Position numbers and translations under genes: made by a program. Under the pieces are notes generated by a model. The model made no database searches. It was not told the DNA's origin and saw only the letters and a list, made by a program, of their open reading frames with translations. This document shows positions 19,995-29,193 of a DNA stretch of 47,799 nucleotides, one piece after another. Where the stretch lies: NCBI GenBank assembly GCA_049965555.1, contig JBMFWF010000007.1:1-47799 (forward strand), given 5' to 3'. The stretch's first letter is position 1; each line of letters starts with the position of its first letter. The stretch comes from Candidatus Parvarchaeum sp. (lineage in GTDB: Archaea; Nanobdellota; Nanobdellia; Parvarchaeales; Parvarchaeaceae).

Positions 19995-20735
19995 TTATCC
20001 TTTTATTCCCAGGTTTTCCTTTTCCTTGTCAAAGAATCTATAATAATTAAGCGATTTTAATGCCTCGAATGTTGCGTAGCCTATGTTTATCCTTGTATTT
20101 GTCTGTCCGTTTACTTTAGACCACACATCCTTTATTCCAGCAAGCCTCATTATTGTTTTTATATCGTCCATAACGCAAAAGCTTATTCCCTTTGGAGCAG
20201 GCAAAAGCGTTACGACCACCGAGCCGCATTTTCCAGAGACCTTGAATGGAATCGAATGGCTGCCATGGCATGCACATTCCCAGCTGCCGCACCCTCTGAG
20301 TATGCTTATTATATTTAATTTAGCATTCTTAAGTGCCTTTTCCTTTGCAATGACTGATTCTAGCCCTCTGCCCTTTCCTATGCCTATATGGCCATTTCCA
20401 TCACCGACTACAGCCATTGCTGAAAAATGCTGCCTCTTTGCCTTTGCAGTTACCTTCTGTGTGTTCCTTATTACTCTTCTCTTTCCTCCCCCTAGCTTAC
20501 CTTTAGACTGACCAACGTAAAGAAAATCAACCTGAAGATTAGGTATAAGAAAGTCAACTATCTGCGGCTCAAGGATTTTAAGGTGCTTCTCCAATATCTC
20601 GTCTATGTTCTTTATCTCGCCGCTTTTAACCGCTCTCCCGAGCTCTGTCTTGAATTCGTATGTGCTTTCAGGATATGCAGTACTTGCATCTCTTCTTTCA
20701 ACAACTGTTTCATTTACTGCTTCTTCATTTTCCAT
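19995..20735 (-). CDS. rps5: Ribosomal protein uS5
   Basis: VVGDGNGHIG, RGCGSWEC, LPAPKG, LAGIKDVW. Confidence 0.96.
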   Translation of the reverse strand: MENEEAVNETVVERRDASTAYPESTYEFKTELGRAVKSGEIKNIDEILEKHLKILEPQIVDFLIPNLQVDFLYVGQSKGKLGGGKRRVIRNTQKVTAKAKRQHFSAMAVVGDGNGHIGIGKGRGLESVIAKEKALKNAKLNIISILRGCGSWECACHGSHSIPFKVSGKCGSVVVTLLPAPKGISFCVMDDIKTIMRLAGIKDVWSKVNGQTNTRINIGYATFEALKSLNYYRFFDKEKENLGIKG

Positions 20736-21234
20736 TCTTTATGTTCTCCAGAGTTTTATTAAAGTCTTCCCTTATATTTTTAATCTTGTCTCCAACGGCG
20801 GAAAACTGGTTTCCATTTCTATTATCGTAATAGCTGGATATGTGCTCTCCGTATAAACGTTTTTCATCGATTTTTAGATCAGTTGAATGTACATCCACGC
20901 CAAAATCATGCAGGCCCTTCATTACATAATATATGAAGCTGTTTTCCTTTAAAGTTCTATTTCCCTTGTCAAGTATGACTTCTTTCACGTTTGACTTCTT
21001 GCCAAGCAGATAGCCTATTAAATATGAAGCTGAAGAATTTTTGCCGCTGAAGTTCCAGCCGAATTTCTTAAGATCATTTCCCCTTACCATTGCTATTGTC
21101 TTGTCCCCATCCTCGCCGTACTGCACAATATGGGCTATAACTGCCTTGTCAGTCTTCCTTACAACCACTCTCGGTATGCCTGACTTAAGCAATTCAAGCC
21201 TTTTTCTATAGTTCGTCCTTTTTTTGTTTTTCAT
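20725..21234 (-). CDS. rpl18: Ribosomal protein uL18
   Basis: TNYRKRLELLKSG.PRVVVRKT. Confidence 0.93.
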   Translation of the reverse strand: MKNKKRTNYRKRLELLKSGIPRVVVRKTDKAVIAHIVQYGEDGDKTIAMVRGNDLKKFGWNFSGKNSSASYLIGYLLGKKSNVKEVILDKGNRTLKENSFIYYVMKGLHDFGVDVHSTDLKIDEKRLYGEHISSYYDNRNGNQFSAVGDKIKNIREDFNKTLENIKNGK

Positions 21235-21236
21235 GA

Positions 21237-21680
21237 TTAAGCCTTCTTCATTCCTTCAATGTAATTCCTCATATGATTAACGCTGTGGAATGAATTTCCT
21301 TTTATCTTCCTGTAAAGCTGCCTGAATTCTTTCTTGTCTATCTTTCCCTGCTTCCTCTGCTTGAAAAGCTCGTTTCTAAGGGCCCTTACCTTGTCTATCC
21401 ATTCGAAAGCCATCCTTGCAGATTTTTCTCCTCTCCTGCTGCCTATTCCTTTTCTATGGCCCCTCCTTTTCTTTTCATGTAGAACTCTCGCTCTTGCTCT
21501 GGATTGTCCTTTGAGTTCCTTTTTCTTTATTATGCCCTTCGAGATAAGGCTTTCTATGTCTGCCCTTGTTATCGCTTCCTTTATATCCTTAAACTTTGAT
21601 GGATCAAGCCAGACCCTGCTTTCTCCAACGTTTAAAACATCACTGGCTATCCTTCTTTGCGTTTTCAGTTTCCCCTGCAT
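21237..21680 (-). CDS. rpl19e: Ribosomal protein eL19
   Basis: QRRIAS..VGESRVWLDP, GIGSRRG. Confidence 0.96.
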   Translation of the reverse strand: MQGKLKTQRRIASDVLNVGESRVWLDPSKFKDIKEAITRADIESLISKGIIKKKELKGQSRARARVLHEKKRRGHRKGIGSRRGEKSARMAFEWIDKVRALRNELFKQRKQGKIDKKEFRQLYRKIKGNSFHSVNHMRNYIEGMKKA

Positions 21681-21996
21681 AATTTATCACCATTATCTTC
21701 TTTTCCTTGCATTTCTCATATATTAATTTTCTCTTCAATGCGCCTACTGCCTTTCCTATAACAGCGATGTTAGAATCATTTAATTTTTCTACATCACTAA
21801 CGTTGAATACCCTAACTGGTATTCTACCTGCTATCCTTCCTCTTTTTGAAACCGGAGACCTAAAGCCTTTTGAAGGCATTTTCTTGTGTCCTTTCTTTCC
21901 TACTTTTGTCTTGTTTTTCTTGCCTGTCGGCTTTCTCCATGAGTTTCCGACTCTCTTAAGCTTTCTTGCATCGTGTTTTGTGAATTCCATAATCAA
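21640..21996 (-). CDS. rpl32e: Ribosomal protein eL32
   Basis: WRKPTG..K, MPSKGFRSP; operon position. Confidence 0.92.
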   Translation of the reverse strand: MIMEFTKHDARKLKRVGNSWRKPTGKKNKTKVGKKGHKKMPSKGFRSPVSKRGRIAGRIPVRVFNVSDVEKLNDSNIAVIGKAVGALKRKLIYEKCKEKKIMVINYAGETENAKKDSQ

Positions 21997-22514
21997 GGTT
22001 TTTTAGTTATAAATATCCCGTCCTTAAAGACCCTCCTGTCCTTATTTTTTATCTGTATTTTAGATTCGATCGTGCCGGCCAGCTGCCCCACTTTGTATTT
22101 GTCTATCCCAGATATTATTATCTTATTGCCCTTTACCTCTGCCTTTAATCCTTCCGGCACCAGTATCTCCCTGGGCTTTCTTTCCCCTACAAAGTTCTCT
22201 ACAAGTATCTTGTTTCCATTAAGCTTTAAAGAAGCAGGAAAGTGCATATAAACAAGTTCCAATTCTGCCGTATATTTTTCATTTACGCCTTTAATCATAT
22301 TCCTAACGTTTGCTGCCAATGTCCCTGCAATCGATTTCTGGAATTTATTATCCTTCTCTGCTTCAATAAAAAGAACATTGTCCTTTCTTTCGACTTTCAA
22401 AAATGGATGCACTATCTCGGTGCTCAATTCCCCTTCCTTTCCCTTAACAATTATCTTGTTACCGTTAAGCTCTAAATTTGAGCCATCAAGGTCAACTTTA
22501 AATTTAGTAGACAT
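21993..22514 (-). CDS. rpl6: Ribosomal protein uL6
   Basis: YMHFP, NFVGE, KDRRVFKDGIFI. Confidence 0.96.
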   Translation of the reverse strand: MSTKFKVDLDGSNLELNGNKIIVKGKEGELSTEIVHPFLKVERKDNVLFIEAEKDNKFQKSIAGTLAANVRNMIKGVNEKYTAELELVYMHFPASLKLNGNKILVENFVGERKPREILVPEGLKAEVKGNKIIISGIDKYKVGQLAGTIESKIQIKNKDRRVFKDGIFITKKP

Positions 22515-22890
22515 AAGCTAAAAGACTACCTCCTATCATTAACTGCTTAGCTTCTTCATTTGTAATCACTCCTTTATTTGTAGACAAAAGTATTAAACCA
22601 AAACCCAATGCAGGCAAATACCTCTTTTCATACTTTACAATATCTCCGGCCTTTATTGGTATTCTTGGCCTGATGGCTTTGCATTCATTCAAATGCTCAT
22701 TTATGTCTATCTTTACAAACCCGCCCCTGACATCGTTTATTATCTCATAATTGTCTATATATCCTGCCTTTTTGATAAGCTCCAGAAGGTTGATTAGAAG
22801 CTTGCTATTTGGACTTACAACGCAGGATTTCTTACCAACTTTTCTTGCAACGTTTATAGTATTGAATATTGTCGAAAGTGAATCTACCAT
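22504..22890 (-). CDS. rps8: Ribosomal protein uS8
   Basis: IRPR, EKRYLPA..G.ILLSTNKG. Confidence 0.95.
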   Translation of the reverse strand: MVDSLSTIFNTINVARKVGKKSCVVSPNSKLLINLLELIKKAGYIDNYEIINDVRGGFVKIDINEHLNECKAIRPRIPIKAGDIVKYEKRYLPALGFGLILLSTNKGVITNEEAKQLMIGGSLLAYVY

Positions 22891-22892
22891 GA

Positions 22893-23129
22893 TTATGCCT
22901 CCTTTCCGTATTTTTTGAATCCTAAATCCGGAGCGACCTCTCTAAAACACTGCCTGCAGTAATTAAGCCCGTGTATTTTTATGTGACCCTCTGCCCTATT
23001 GCACCTTATGCACAAATGCGCACGCCTGTCGTGCGGTTGCATCTTATGCTTGTTGAATTTGATAAATCTAGCTCTCTTCGCTGGATTGCTTGAATGTACC
23101 TTTAATATTTTCTCGAATTGAGTTTCCAT
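22893..23129 (-). CDS. rps14: Ribosomal protein uS14 (N-terminally extended)
   Basis: [19 protein letters not shown]. Confidence 0.95.
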   Translation of the reverse strand: METQFEKILKVHSSNPAKRARFIKFNKHKMQPHDRRAHLCIRCNRAEGHIKIHGLNYCRQCFREVAPDLGFKKYGKEA

Positions 23130-23135
23130 GATTCT

Positions 23136-23642
23136 TTAAATAACCTTCACATTGTATTTATTCTTTATGAATTCTACTGCTTCTTCTTTTTTAATTAGAT
23201 GCGACTTTCCTATATTAGATTTGTTTCTTTTTCTTGTTATACCAAATCCTCTTCTAGACAAAGTAACATTTACAGACAGGCCCACTATACCAATAGTATA
23301 ATCATATTTAGCACCGGGTATGTGTATGTATTCTTTTATCCCAAATGACAGATTGCCCTTTTCATCAAAATTAGATTCTTTTATTGAGTTTTCAACTGCA
23401 GTGAACATTCTTTTTAGTATCTCTTCTGCAGCCTGTTTTCTTAACGTTGTCTTTACTCCTATCTCAAGTCCCGGCCTTAATCCCCATTCAGGTATCCTTT
23501 TTTTAGTTTCTGTCTTTACAACCTTCGAACCTGAAATCTGCTCAAGCAAGCTCTTTATTTTTTCAAGCCTTTCACCGGGCTCCCCTACTCCTATATTCAA
23601 TGTGACCTTTTCAACAAAAATCTCCCTCATTTTATTTTCCAT
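23136..23642 (-). CDS. rpl5: Ribosomal protein uL5
   Basis: KVTLNIGVGE, FDEKGNLSFGIKEY. Confidence 0.96.
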   Translation of the reverse strand: MENKMREIFVEKVTLNIGVGEPGERLEKIKSLLEQISGSKVVKTETKKRIPEWGLRPGLEIGVKTTLRKQAAEEILKRMFTAVENSIKESNFDEKGNLSFGIKEYIHIPGAKYDYTIGIVGLSVNVTLSRRGFGITRKRNKSNIGKSHLIKKEEAVEFIKNKYNVKVI

Positions 23643-23644
23643 AA

Positions 23645-24307
23645 TTATAAAGCCATACAGGATTTGGTTGATGAAACGAATTCACCGTCCTTCCCTGAAA
23701 TCAAAACCGAATAACCATCAATCTCCTTTATTTTTCCCTTCCTTCCTGCATTTTTACCGCTGAAAACTATAACCTCTCTGCCCTGTTCAAATGGTATCTT
23801 GTCCTTTATCTTTCCATTTGACAAATCTAGTATTATTGAATCATTTATCTGTATATCCGGTTTTTCAGAAACAATGTTCCTTGCATCACTTGTAAAAACT
23901 ATGTCCTTTGAACCTTTGCCCTTGTGCTTTGACATTACTTTTACCTTTTTGCTGTCTACCTTTTCATCCTGCTTTACTGCAATTATCTTTCCTTTTTCAT
24001 TTAGCCATACTAAGAAATAGTCGTCCTTGACATTTACAACATCGGAGAAGCCTACAACGTACTTCTCTTCCTTTATTTTTTTATTGTCTACGGAAACTAA
24101 ACCGGCCTTTATAAGGTACCTAGCTTCTCTTGCATTTCCTGCAATCTTAAGCACATCTCTTAAAAACCCGGACAATGAAACGCCTTCCTTGTTGCTGTGT
24201 TTTCCAGGTAGCGGCTTTATATAGTACTTATACTTTTTTCTAGGTATAACTAAAGAATTAGTAACTGCGCTTCTCTTAAAATGTTTCGATTCACCGTGTC
24301 TTGCCAT
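23645..24307 (-). CDS. rps4e: Ribosomal protein eS4
   Basis: KHFKR..PGKH, LRDVL, SGKNAGRKG. Confidence 0.94.
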   Translation of the reverse strand: MARHGESKHFKRSAVTNSLVIPRKKYKYYIKPLPGKHSNKEGVSLSGFLRDVLKIAGNAREARYLIKAGLVSVDNKKIKEEKYVVGFSDVVNVKDDYFLVWLNEKGKIIAVKQDEKVDSKKVKVMSKHKGKGSKDIVFTSDARNIVSEKPDIQINDSIILDLSNGKIKDKIPFEQGREVIVFSGKNAGRKGKIKEIDGYSVLISGKDGEFVSSTKSCMAL

Positions 24308-24683
24308 AAGATTCTATTTTTTCTAACCTCCTTCCATCAGACAGATTAAGATCTGTTATTATTAAAGCCGATGGCCTAATCTTAAAAGGGACCTTGTTTC
24401 CTTTTTTTGTTATGTTCTTAGCTGAATCAACGCTCACTTTTAACTGTTTCGTATAAACTTTGTCTATCTTTCCTTCTTTTCCTTTAAACTTTCCTCTTGT
24501 TATAAGCACAGTATCGCCTTTTTTCAGCAGAACGTTTCTTGTCTTGTATTTTGTTCTTAGCTCCTTCGAAAGGTGGGCGGAAAGCATCTTCTTTTTTATG
24601 TGAAGAGGAGCATTCATCCTGTATTTTCTCTGCTTCTTTGGAGAAGTACTCGAAACCCAATGCTTACTAAAGTTATTTTTCAT
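24291..24683 (-). CDS. rpl24: Ribosomal protein uL24
   Basis: PKKQRK..APLH, LSKELR, KGDTV..RGKFKG. Confidence 0.96.
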   Translation of the reverse strand: MKNNFSKHWVSSTSPKKQRKYRMNAPLHIKKKMLSAHLSKELRTKYKTRNVLLKKGDTVLITRGKFKGKEGKIDKVYTKQLKVSVDSAKNITKKGNKVPFKIRPSALIITDLNLSDGRRLEKIESYGKTR

Positions 24684-25111
24684 ACAATCTTTGACGCTAT
24701 TTTAGTTATATTTGGGAAACGTATTGATATCTCCCTGGCTATAGGCCCTCTTATAATCGTGCCTTGAGGTTCGTACTTATCTATGTCCTTGACTAGCGCG
24801 CATGCATTATCTTCAAATGAAACTCTTGTGCCATCATGCCTTCTATACTCTTTCCTCTGCCTTACTACCACAGCGGGAAACTTCTTGTGGACAGTATCAG
24901 GCGAACCTTTTTTAACAACTACAAATATCGTATCTCCGACGCCGCACTTAGGCTGCCTGTCCTTTACGCCGTGATAATTTCTTATGTTAACTACTTTTAC
25001 TATCTTTGCTCCCGAATTATCAGCCACCATTATCCAACTTCCTACATTTATTGACTTAGAGATCTTTGCTCTTATGGCCTTTAAACCAGCTCCCTTCCTT
25101 CCTGTTCCCAT
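24680..25111 (-). CDS. rpl14: Ribosomal protein uL14
   Basis: ADNSGAK, VRQRKEYRR, FEDNA. Confidence 0.97.
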   Translation of the reverse strand: MGTGRKGAGLKAIRAKISKSINVGSWIMVADNSGAKIVKVVNIRNYHGVKDRQPKCGVGDTIFVVVKKGSPDTVHKKFPAVVVRQRKEYRRHDGTRVSFEDNACALVKDIDKYEPQGTIIRGPIAREISIRFPNITKIASKIV

Positions 25112-25112
25112 A

Positions 25113-25427
25113 CTACTCCAATTTCCTCACGACTACAAATCTTTTCCACCTGCTTATCGGCCTTGTTTCATATATCACTACTTTGTCATTTAATTTTGCC
25201 GATATGCATTCTGGATTATGAGCAAGCACTCTGCTCCTTATCTTAACATATCTATCGTATTTTCCAAGCCGTCTAAAAACTGTCCAACTTACTACAACAG
25301 TTTTATCAGCTTTCGCTGAAGTGACTACTCCTTCGAACCTCCTGCCGTGCACTCTCAGCTCGCCATGATAAGGGCAATGAACATCATTGCAGCTATTTTC
25401 CGGTTTCTTCAAATCTTCATAAAGCAT
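25113..25427 (-). CDS. rps17: Ribosomal protein uS17
   Basis: CNDVHCPYHG, AHNPEC, ETRPISR. Confidence 0.96.
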   Translation of the reverse strand: MLYEDLKKPENSCNDVHCPYHGELRVHGRRFEGVVTSAKADKTVVVSWTVFRRLGKYDRYVKIRSRVLAHNPECISAKLNDKVVIYETRPISRWKRFVVVRKLE

Positions 25428-25626
25428 ATTCCCATGGCCTCATCCTGATATCGTTTCCATTCACTTTTATTTCTTTTTTATTCATATGTACTATAAATCT
25501 GTTTCCATCCTTTATAACTCTTTTTATACCTCTGTTAGTTTCAAGCAACAAAGTGCTTTTTGTTTCATCTATCACCATTCCTTCTAAATTTTTTCCCATC
25601 ACTTTCAACTTAAATCCTATCAGCAT
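25417..25626 (-). CDS. rnp1: RNase P protein Rpp29/Pop4 (short)
   Basis: LIG..EGMVIDETK..RP; usual position before rps17. Confidence 0.85.
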   Translation of the reverse strand: MLIGFKLKVMGKNLEGMVIDETKSTLLLETNRGIKRVIKDGNRFIVHMNKKEIKVNGNDIRMRPWEYAL

Positions 25627-25678
25627 TAGCTATCTTAGAATATTTAAATTTAAAAATGTTTTCAGACAGCAAAACAAA
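25627..25678 (-). promoter_or_regulatory. Putative TATA promoter restarting the operon at rnp1
   Basis: TTTTAAATTTAAATA about 15-30 nt upstream of the ATG, no SD (leaderless-type). Confidence 0.45.
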
Positions 25679-25948
25679 TCAGATTAAACCAAGCTGTGTA
25701 GCAATATCCATCGCCTGAAATTCAGGCTTTAGCTTTACTACTGCCACCTTTCTGGAATCCATTCTGTTTATTATTTTTATGCTGTCCACTTTTGCTTTGA
25801 GTAGAGACTCCACCTCTTTCTTTATAAGTATCTTGTTTGAATCCTTTGACACTATAAATGAAAGCTTATTCTCCATCTGCATTAGCCTTGTCGATTTCTC
25901 GCCGCTCAAAACGCTTATTATATATTTTAGATTTTCTTCCATGCTCAC
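25679..25948 (-). CDS. rpl23: Ribosomal protein uL23
   Basis: EKS..ENKLSFIV, AMDIATQLGLI. Confidence 0.93.
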   Translation of the reverse strand: MSMEENLKYIISVLSGEKSTRLMQMENKLSFIVSKDSNKILIKKEVESLLKAKVDSIKIINRMDSRKVAVVKLKPEFQAMDIATQLGLI

Positions 25949-26730
25949 CTAAGATTTTCAATTGCCCCTTTTGTCCAGATAATCAGTCTGCCTGGCTTTC
26001 CAGCCTGCGAAACGTCTGCCATTGAAAGAGAAGAAGGATTCGTAACTTTTATATTAATGTTTGAAAATGCCTTTGGTGCTTTCTCTCCGTCTTTAACAAC
26101 TAATACTATGCCTAATCTTTTCCTGTATTTTCTTCCTCTTAGCTTTCCTTTACCGCTTCTTATCGTTTTCTTCATTACTCTTTCAAGTTCTGCGGCTAAG
26201 CCAATCGAAGAAAGCAGGTTTTTAGCCTCCTTTGTCTTTTTTACTGCGATTGCTGAATCATCCAAAACTATTGGCAGCTCCTTTATGCCATTAACAGCAT
26301 GAAACATTGAAACCTGCTTTATATCAGCTGACGCCGCTATGCCCATTTTAATGGCCAGTTTTCTCTCCTTCTTATTTATTTCCTTTACTATTCTCTTTTC
26401 AGCTTGCGGAGGATGCGCTTCTCTTCCGCCAACTGTATTTGGAGCAACCGCCCCCATATAACTAAAATTTGTACCTACTCTTGAAAGGGTTTTCCTCGGA
26501 GTTCTGTCCAATCCTCTTCCATAGCTCGTCTTAAAAGACCTTCTTCTCTTTGTAAGTTCTGCAACCTTTCTCTTGCCCGCCATAGGATCTGTGTATTTTA
26601 ATTGGAAGGTCTCGGACTGCTCTGCAAGGAATGCCTTTTTAAATGTAGAGTAATTAAACTTTGTGCTGAATACCTCTGGTAATTGAATCTCACCAGCTTC
26701 TTTTCCATCAGACGAAAATACTTTTACCAT
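25945..26730 (-). CDS. rpl4: Ribosomal protein uL4
   Basis: GGREAHPP, INKKER, RSGKGKLRGR, PGRLIIWT. Confidence 0.96.
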   Translation of the reverse strand: MVKVFSSDGKEAGEIQLPEVFSTKFNYSTFKKAFLAEQSETFQLKYTDPMAGKRKVAELTKRRRSFKTSYGRGLDRTPRKTLSRVGTNFSYMGAVAPNTVGGREAHPPQAEKRIVKEINKKERKLAIKMGIAASADIKQVSMFHAVNGIKELPIVLDDSAIAVKKTKEAKNLLSSIGLAAELERVMKKTIRSGKGKLRGRKYRKRLGIVLVVKDGEKAPKAFSNINIKVTNPSSLSMADVSQAGKPGRLIIWTKGAIENLR

Positions 26731-26731
26731 A

Positions 26732-27682
26732 TCACTTTAACAATGTTATTTTTACAGGTTCGGCTTTTCTTGTTGGCCTTATAGCTTTCCTCATAATAAT
26801 CAACCTACTCGCACTTCCTGGAACTGAACCTTTAAGTATTATTGCACTTCCTTTTAGATTACCATAGTTTTTATAACCGCTAGGGATATTTACTTCCTGT
26901 GGGTCTTTTACTACTTTAAATACAAACTTGTTATACTCTACCCTGGAATTGAAACCTAGCCTACCATGTTGTGGAACAGTGTACTGGACCTTCGCCATTG
27001 TCTCTGCGCCCAGGTTACCTGCTTTTCTTCTGGATTTACTGGCATGCACAGGGTATATCTTTACACCATAACGCTTTACGGAACCCTGAAAACCCTTGCC
27101 CTTTGTTATTGCACCAACATCAACAAAATTACCATCTTTTATTACTGAAGAAACGTCTATTGGCTTGCTTAATAGATTCTTTGCGGTCTCTAATTTGTCA
27201 TCAAATTTGCCGCCTACTGCTAATTCAAATATTTCTGGTTTTTTCTTTAGACCTATTGACCAAGGCTGTGTGGCTACCAGCAAACGAAGGTCGTCTGCTT
27301 TTTCTTTAAAATCGTCTATACTTTTGTTATTCTCCTTGAATTTTACCTTTCTCTGAATGTATTTATTTATGCCTGATCCCCAACTTTCACCTACCGTTAT
27401 TCCATTTTTGTAGAATCTTATTGCGCACACCAACAAAGAAGGACATTCTATTACAGTTGCATTTGTCATGACCTCCATCTTAAATGTAGGTGAGTTTTTG
27501 TCCGAATCAATGTAAACAAGTTGCAGCATTCCTGCTTTATATCCCGCAAATCCTCCTATCTCTCCTTTCTCTAAATCCTTAAAATTATTTATAGTATTGT
27601 AAGGCCGTTTGCTCTTCTTTATAGGGTAATACTGCATGCTCCCCCTTCTAGGAGTGCTCTTCTTTGTTATTTGATGTCCCAT
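26732..27682 (-). CDS. rpl3: Ribosomal protein uL3
   Basis: PRRGS, GYKAGM, TKGKGFQG.VKRYG, KGSVPG. Confidence 0.97.
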   Translation of the reverse strand: MGHQITKKSTPRRGSMQYYPIKKSKRPYNTINNFKDLEKGEIGGFAGYKAGMLQLVYIDSDKNSPTFKMEVMTNATVIECPSLLVCAIRFYKNGITVGESWGSGINKYIQRKVKFKENNKSIDDFKEKADDLRLLVATQPWSIGLKKKPEIFELAVGGKFDDKLETAKNLLSKPIDVSSVIKDGNFVDVGAITKGKGFQGSVKRYGVKIYPVHASKSRRKAGNLGAETMAKVQYTVPQHGRLGFNSRVEYNKFVFKVVKDPQEVNIPSGYKNYGNLKGSAIILKGSVPGSASRLIIMRKAIRPTRKAEPVKITLLK

Positions 27683-27821
27683 AATTTAATTGCAATTGTT
27701 TTATTTACTGATATAGATTTTTTACGTTTAAATAGGTTAACATTTTAGATTATATTTCTCTTAACCTATAAATTCTTTAAATTTTACCTTTTTTAAACAA
27801 AAAGACCTATAAATATAAAAT

Positions 27822-29162
27822 TTAAAAGCTTATTATTCTTATGTTCTCTGTTGAGTTTTCGCTTAAAGACAACCCTGAAATTACTATGGCTTTCTTTATG
27901 CTGTGCTGTTTAGCTACCCTAAAGAGATCTTTTTCTGCTTTTCCAAGGCTTTTCACAAGTATCCCTTTAACATTCTTGCTGAAAAATAGCTTTGAAAATG
28001 CAGTCTTATCATTTGTAACAGCAAAGATATCCAATTGGAGATGGTGCCTTGAAAGTCTGAATGCACTTCTGCCGGATGGAGTAAACGTTATTATCTTGTC
28101 TATCTTTGTGCTTATTACCAAATCTATCGCTGAGTTTAATATAGCATCATGTATATCCTGGATTTTATATCTTTTAACAATGCCGGAGTAACGGTATTTC
28201 CCTATTATCCTTTTTAACATAGATAGCGCCTTCAAAGGATAAACGCCTATAGCAGTTTCTTCTGAAAGCATTACTGCGTCCGTTCCTTCATCTATTGCAG
28301 TAAATACGTCGTCTGCTTCTGCTCTAGTTGGCATTACATTGTTTGTCATAGATTCAAGCATTTGTGTAGCGGTTATAACAGGCTTGCTGTTTTCATTGCA
28401 TAATGAAAGCAGCTTTTTCTGCACCTCTGGCAAATCAGCAATGTCTATATTTAAGCCAAGGTCTCCTCTTGCAACCATTATAACATCTGCCACCTTAACT
28501 ATTTCATCAAAATGCTTTACTGCTTCTATTCTTTCTATCTTTGCTATCAAAACGCTTTTTTCTCCGGCTATCTTTCTGGCATTCTCTATGTCCTTTGCGC
28601 TGGAAATGAAAGACAAAGCAAAAGTGTTTATTCCCAGACTTAAACCGAATTTTATACCTTCTTCATCTTTCTTTGTTGGATATTTTCCAGGATAGGATAT
28701 CCCCTTAAAATTTATGCTTTGTTCGTTAAGAAGTACGCCACTATTTAAGGCCTTAGCAACTAAGAGACCCATCTCCTTTCTTATTGGTTTGAATTCTATT
28801 TTACCGTCTGATAAAAGAAGTTTGCTTTTTAGGTTTATCATCCTTATTATTTCCTCTGAAACCTGTATTTGTCCATTTTTTCCAAAAGTATATTCACTTC
28901 CTTCCTTGATTTCTAATTTGTCTCCATGTACCTTGCCTGTTCTCAATTTTGGACCTGGAAGATCGAAAAAGATTAGAACCTTTCTTTTTGTATCTTCCTC
29001 AGCTCTCCTAACATTTGCAACTACTCTTTTAAAATATTCTTTGTCTCCATGAGAAAGATTGAATCTGAATATGTCTGCCCCATTGAGTATCATTTTTCTT
29101 AGCATTTCGTAGCTATCACAAGCTGGGCCAACTGTTACTACAGTTTTAATCTTGTTTGCCAT
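27822..29162 (-). CDS. pyk: Pyruvate kinase
   Basis: RFNLSHG, DLPGPKLRT, AKIE, MVARGDLG, ATQMLESM, PTRAE, MLSEETA. Confidence 0.97.
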   Translation of the reverse strand: MANKIKTVVTVGPACDSYEMLRKMILNGADIFRFNLSHGDKEYFKRVVANVRRAEEDTKRKVLIFFDLPGPKLRTGKVHGDKLEIKEGSEYTFGKNGQIQVSEEIIRMINLKSKLLLSDGKIEFKPIRKEMGLLVAKALNSGVLLNEQSINFKGISYPGKYPTKKDEEGIKFGLSLGINTFALSFISSAKDIENARKIAGEKSVLIAKIERIEAVKHFDEIVKVADVIMVARGDLGLNIDIADLPEVQKKLLSLCNENSKPVITATQMLESMTNNVMPTRAEADDVFTAIDEGTDAVMLSEETAIGVYPLKALSMLKRIIGKYRYSGIVKRYKIQDIHDAILNSAIDLVISTKIDKIITFTPSGRSAFRLSRHHLQLDIFAVTNDKTAFSKLFFSKNVKGILVKSLGKAEKDLFRVAKQHSIKKAIVISGLSLSENSTENIRIISF

Positions 29163-29193
29163 AGCTATGTTAAAAACTGTAAGAATTTATACA

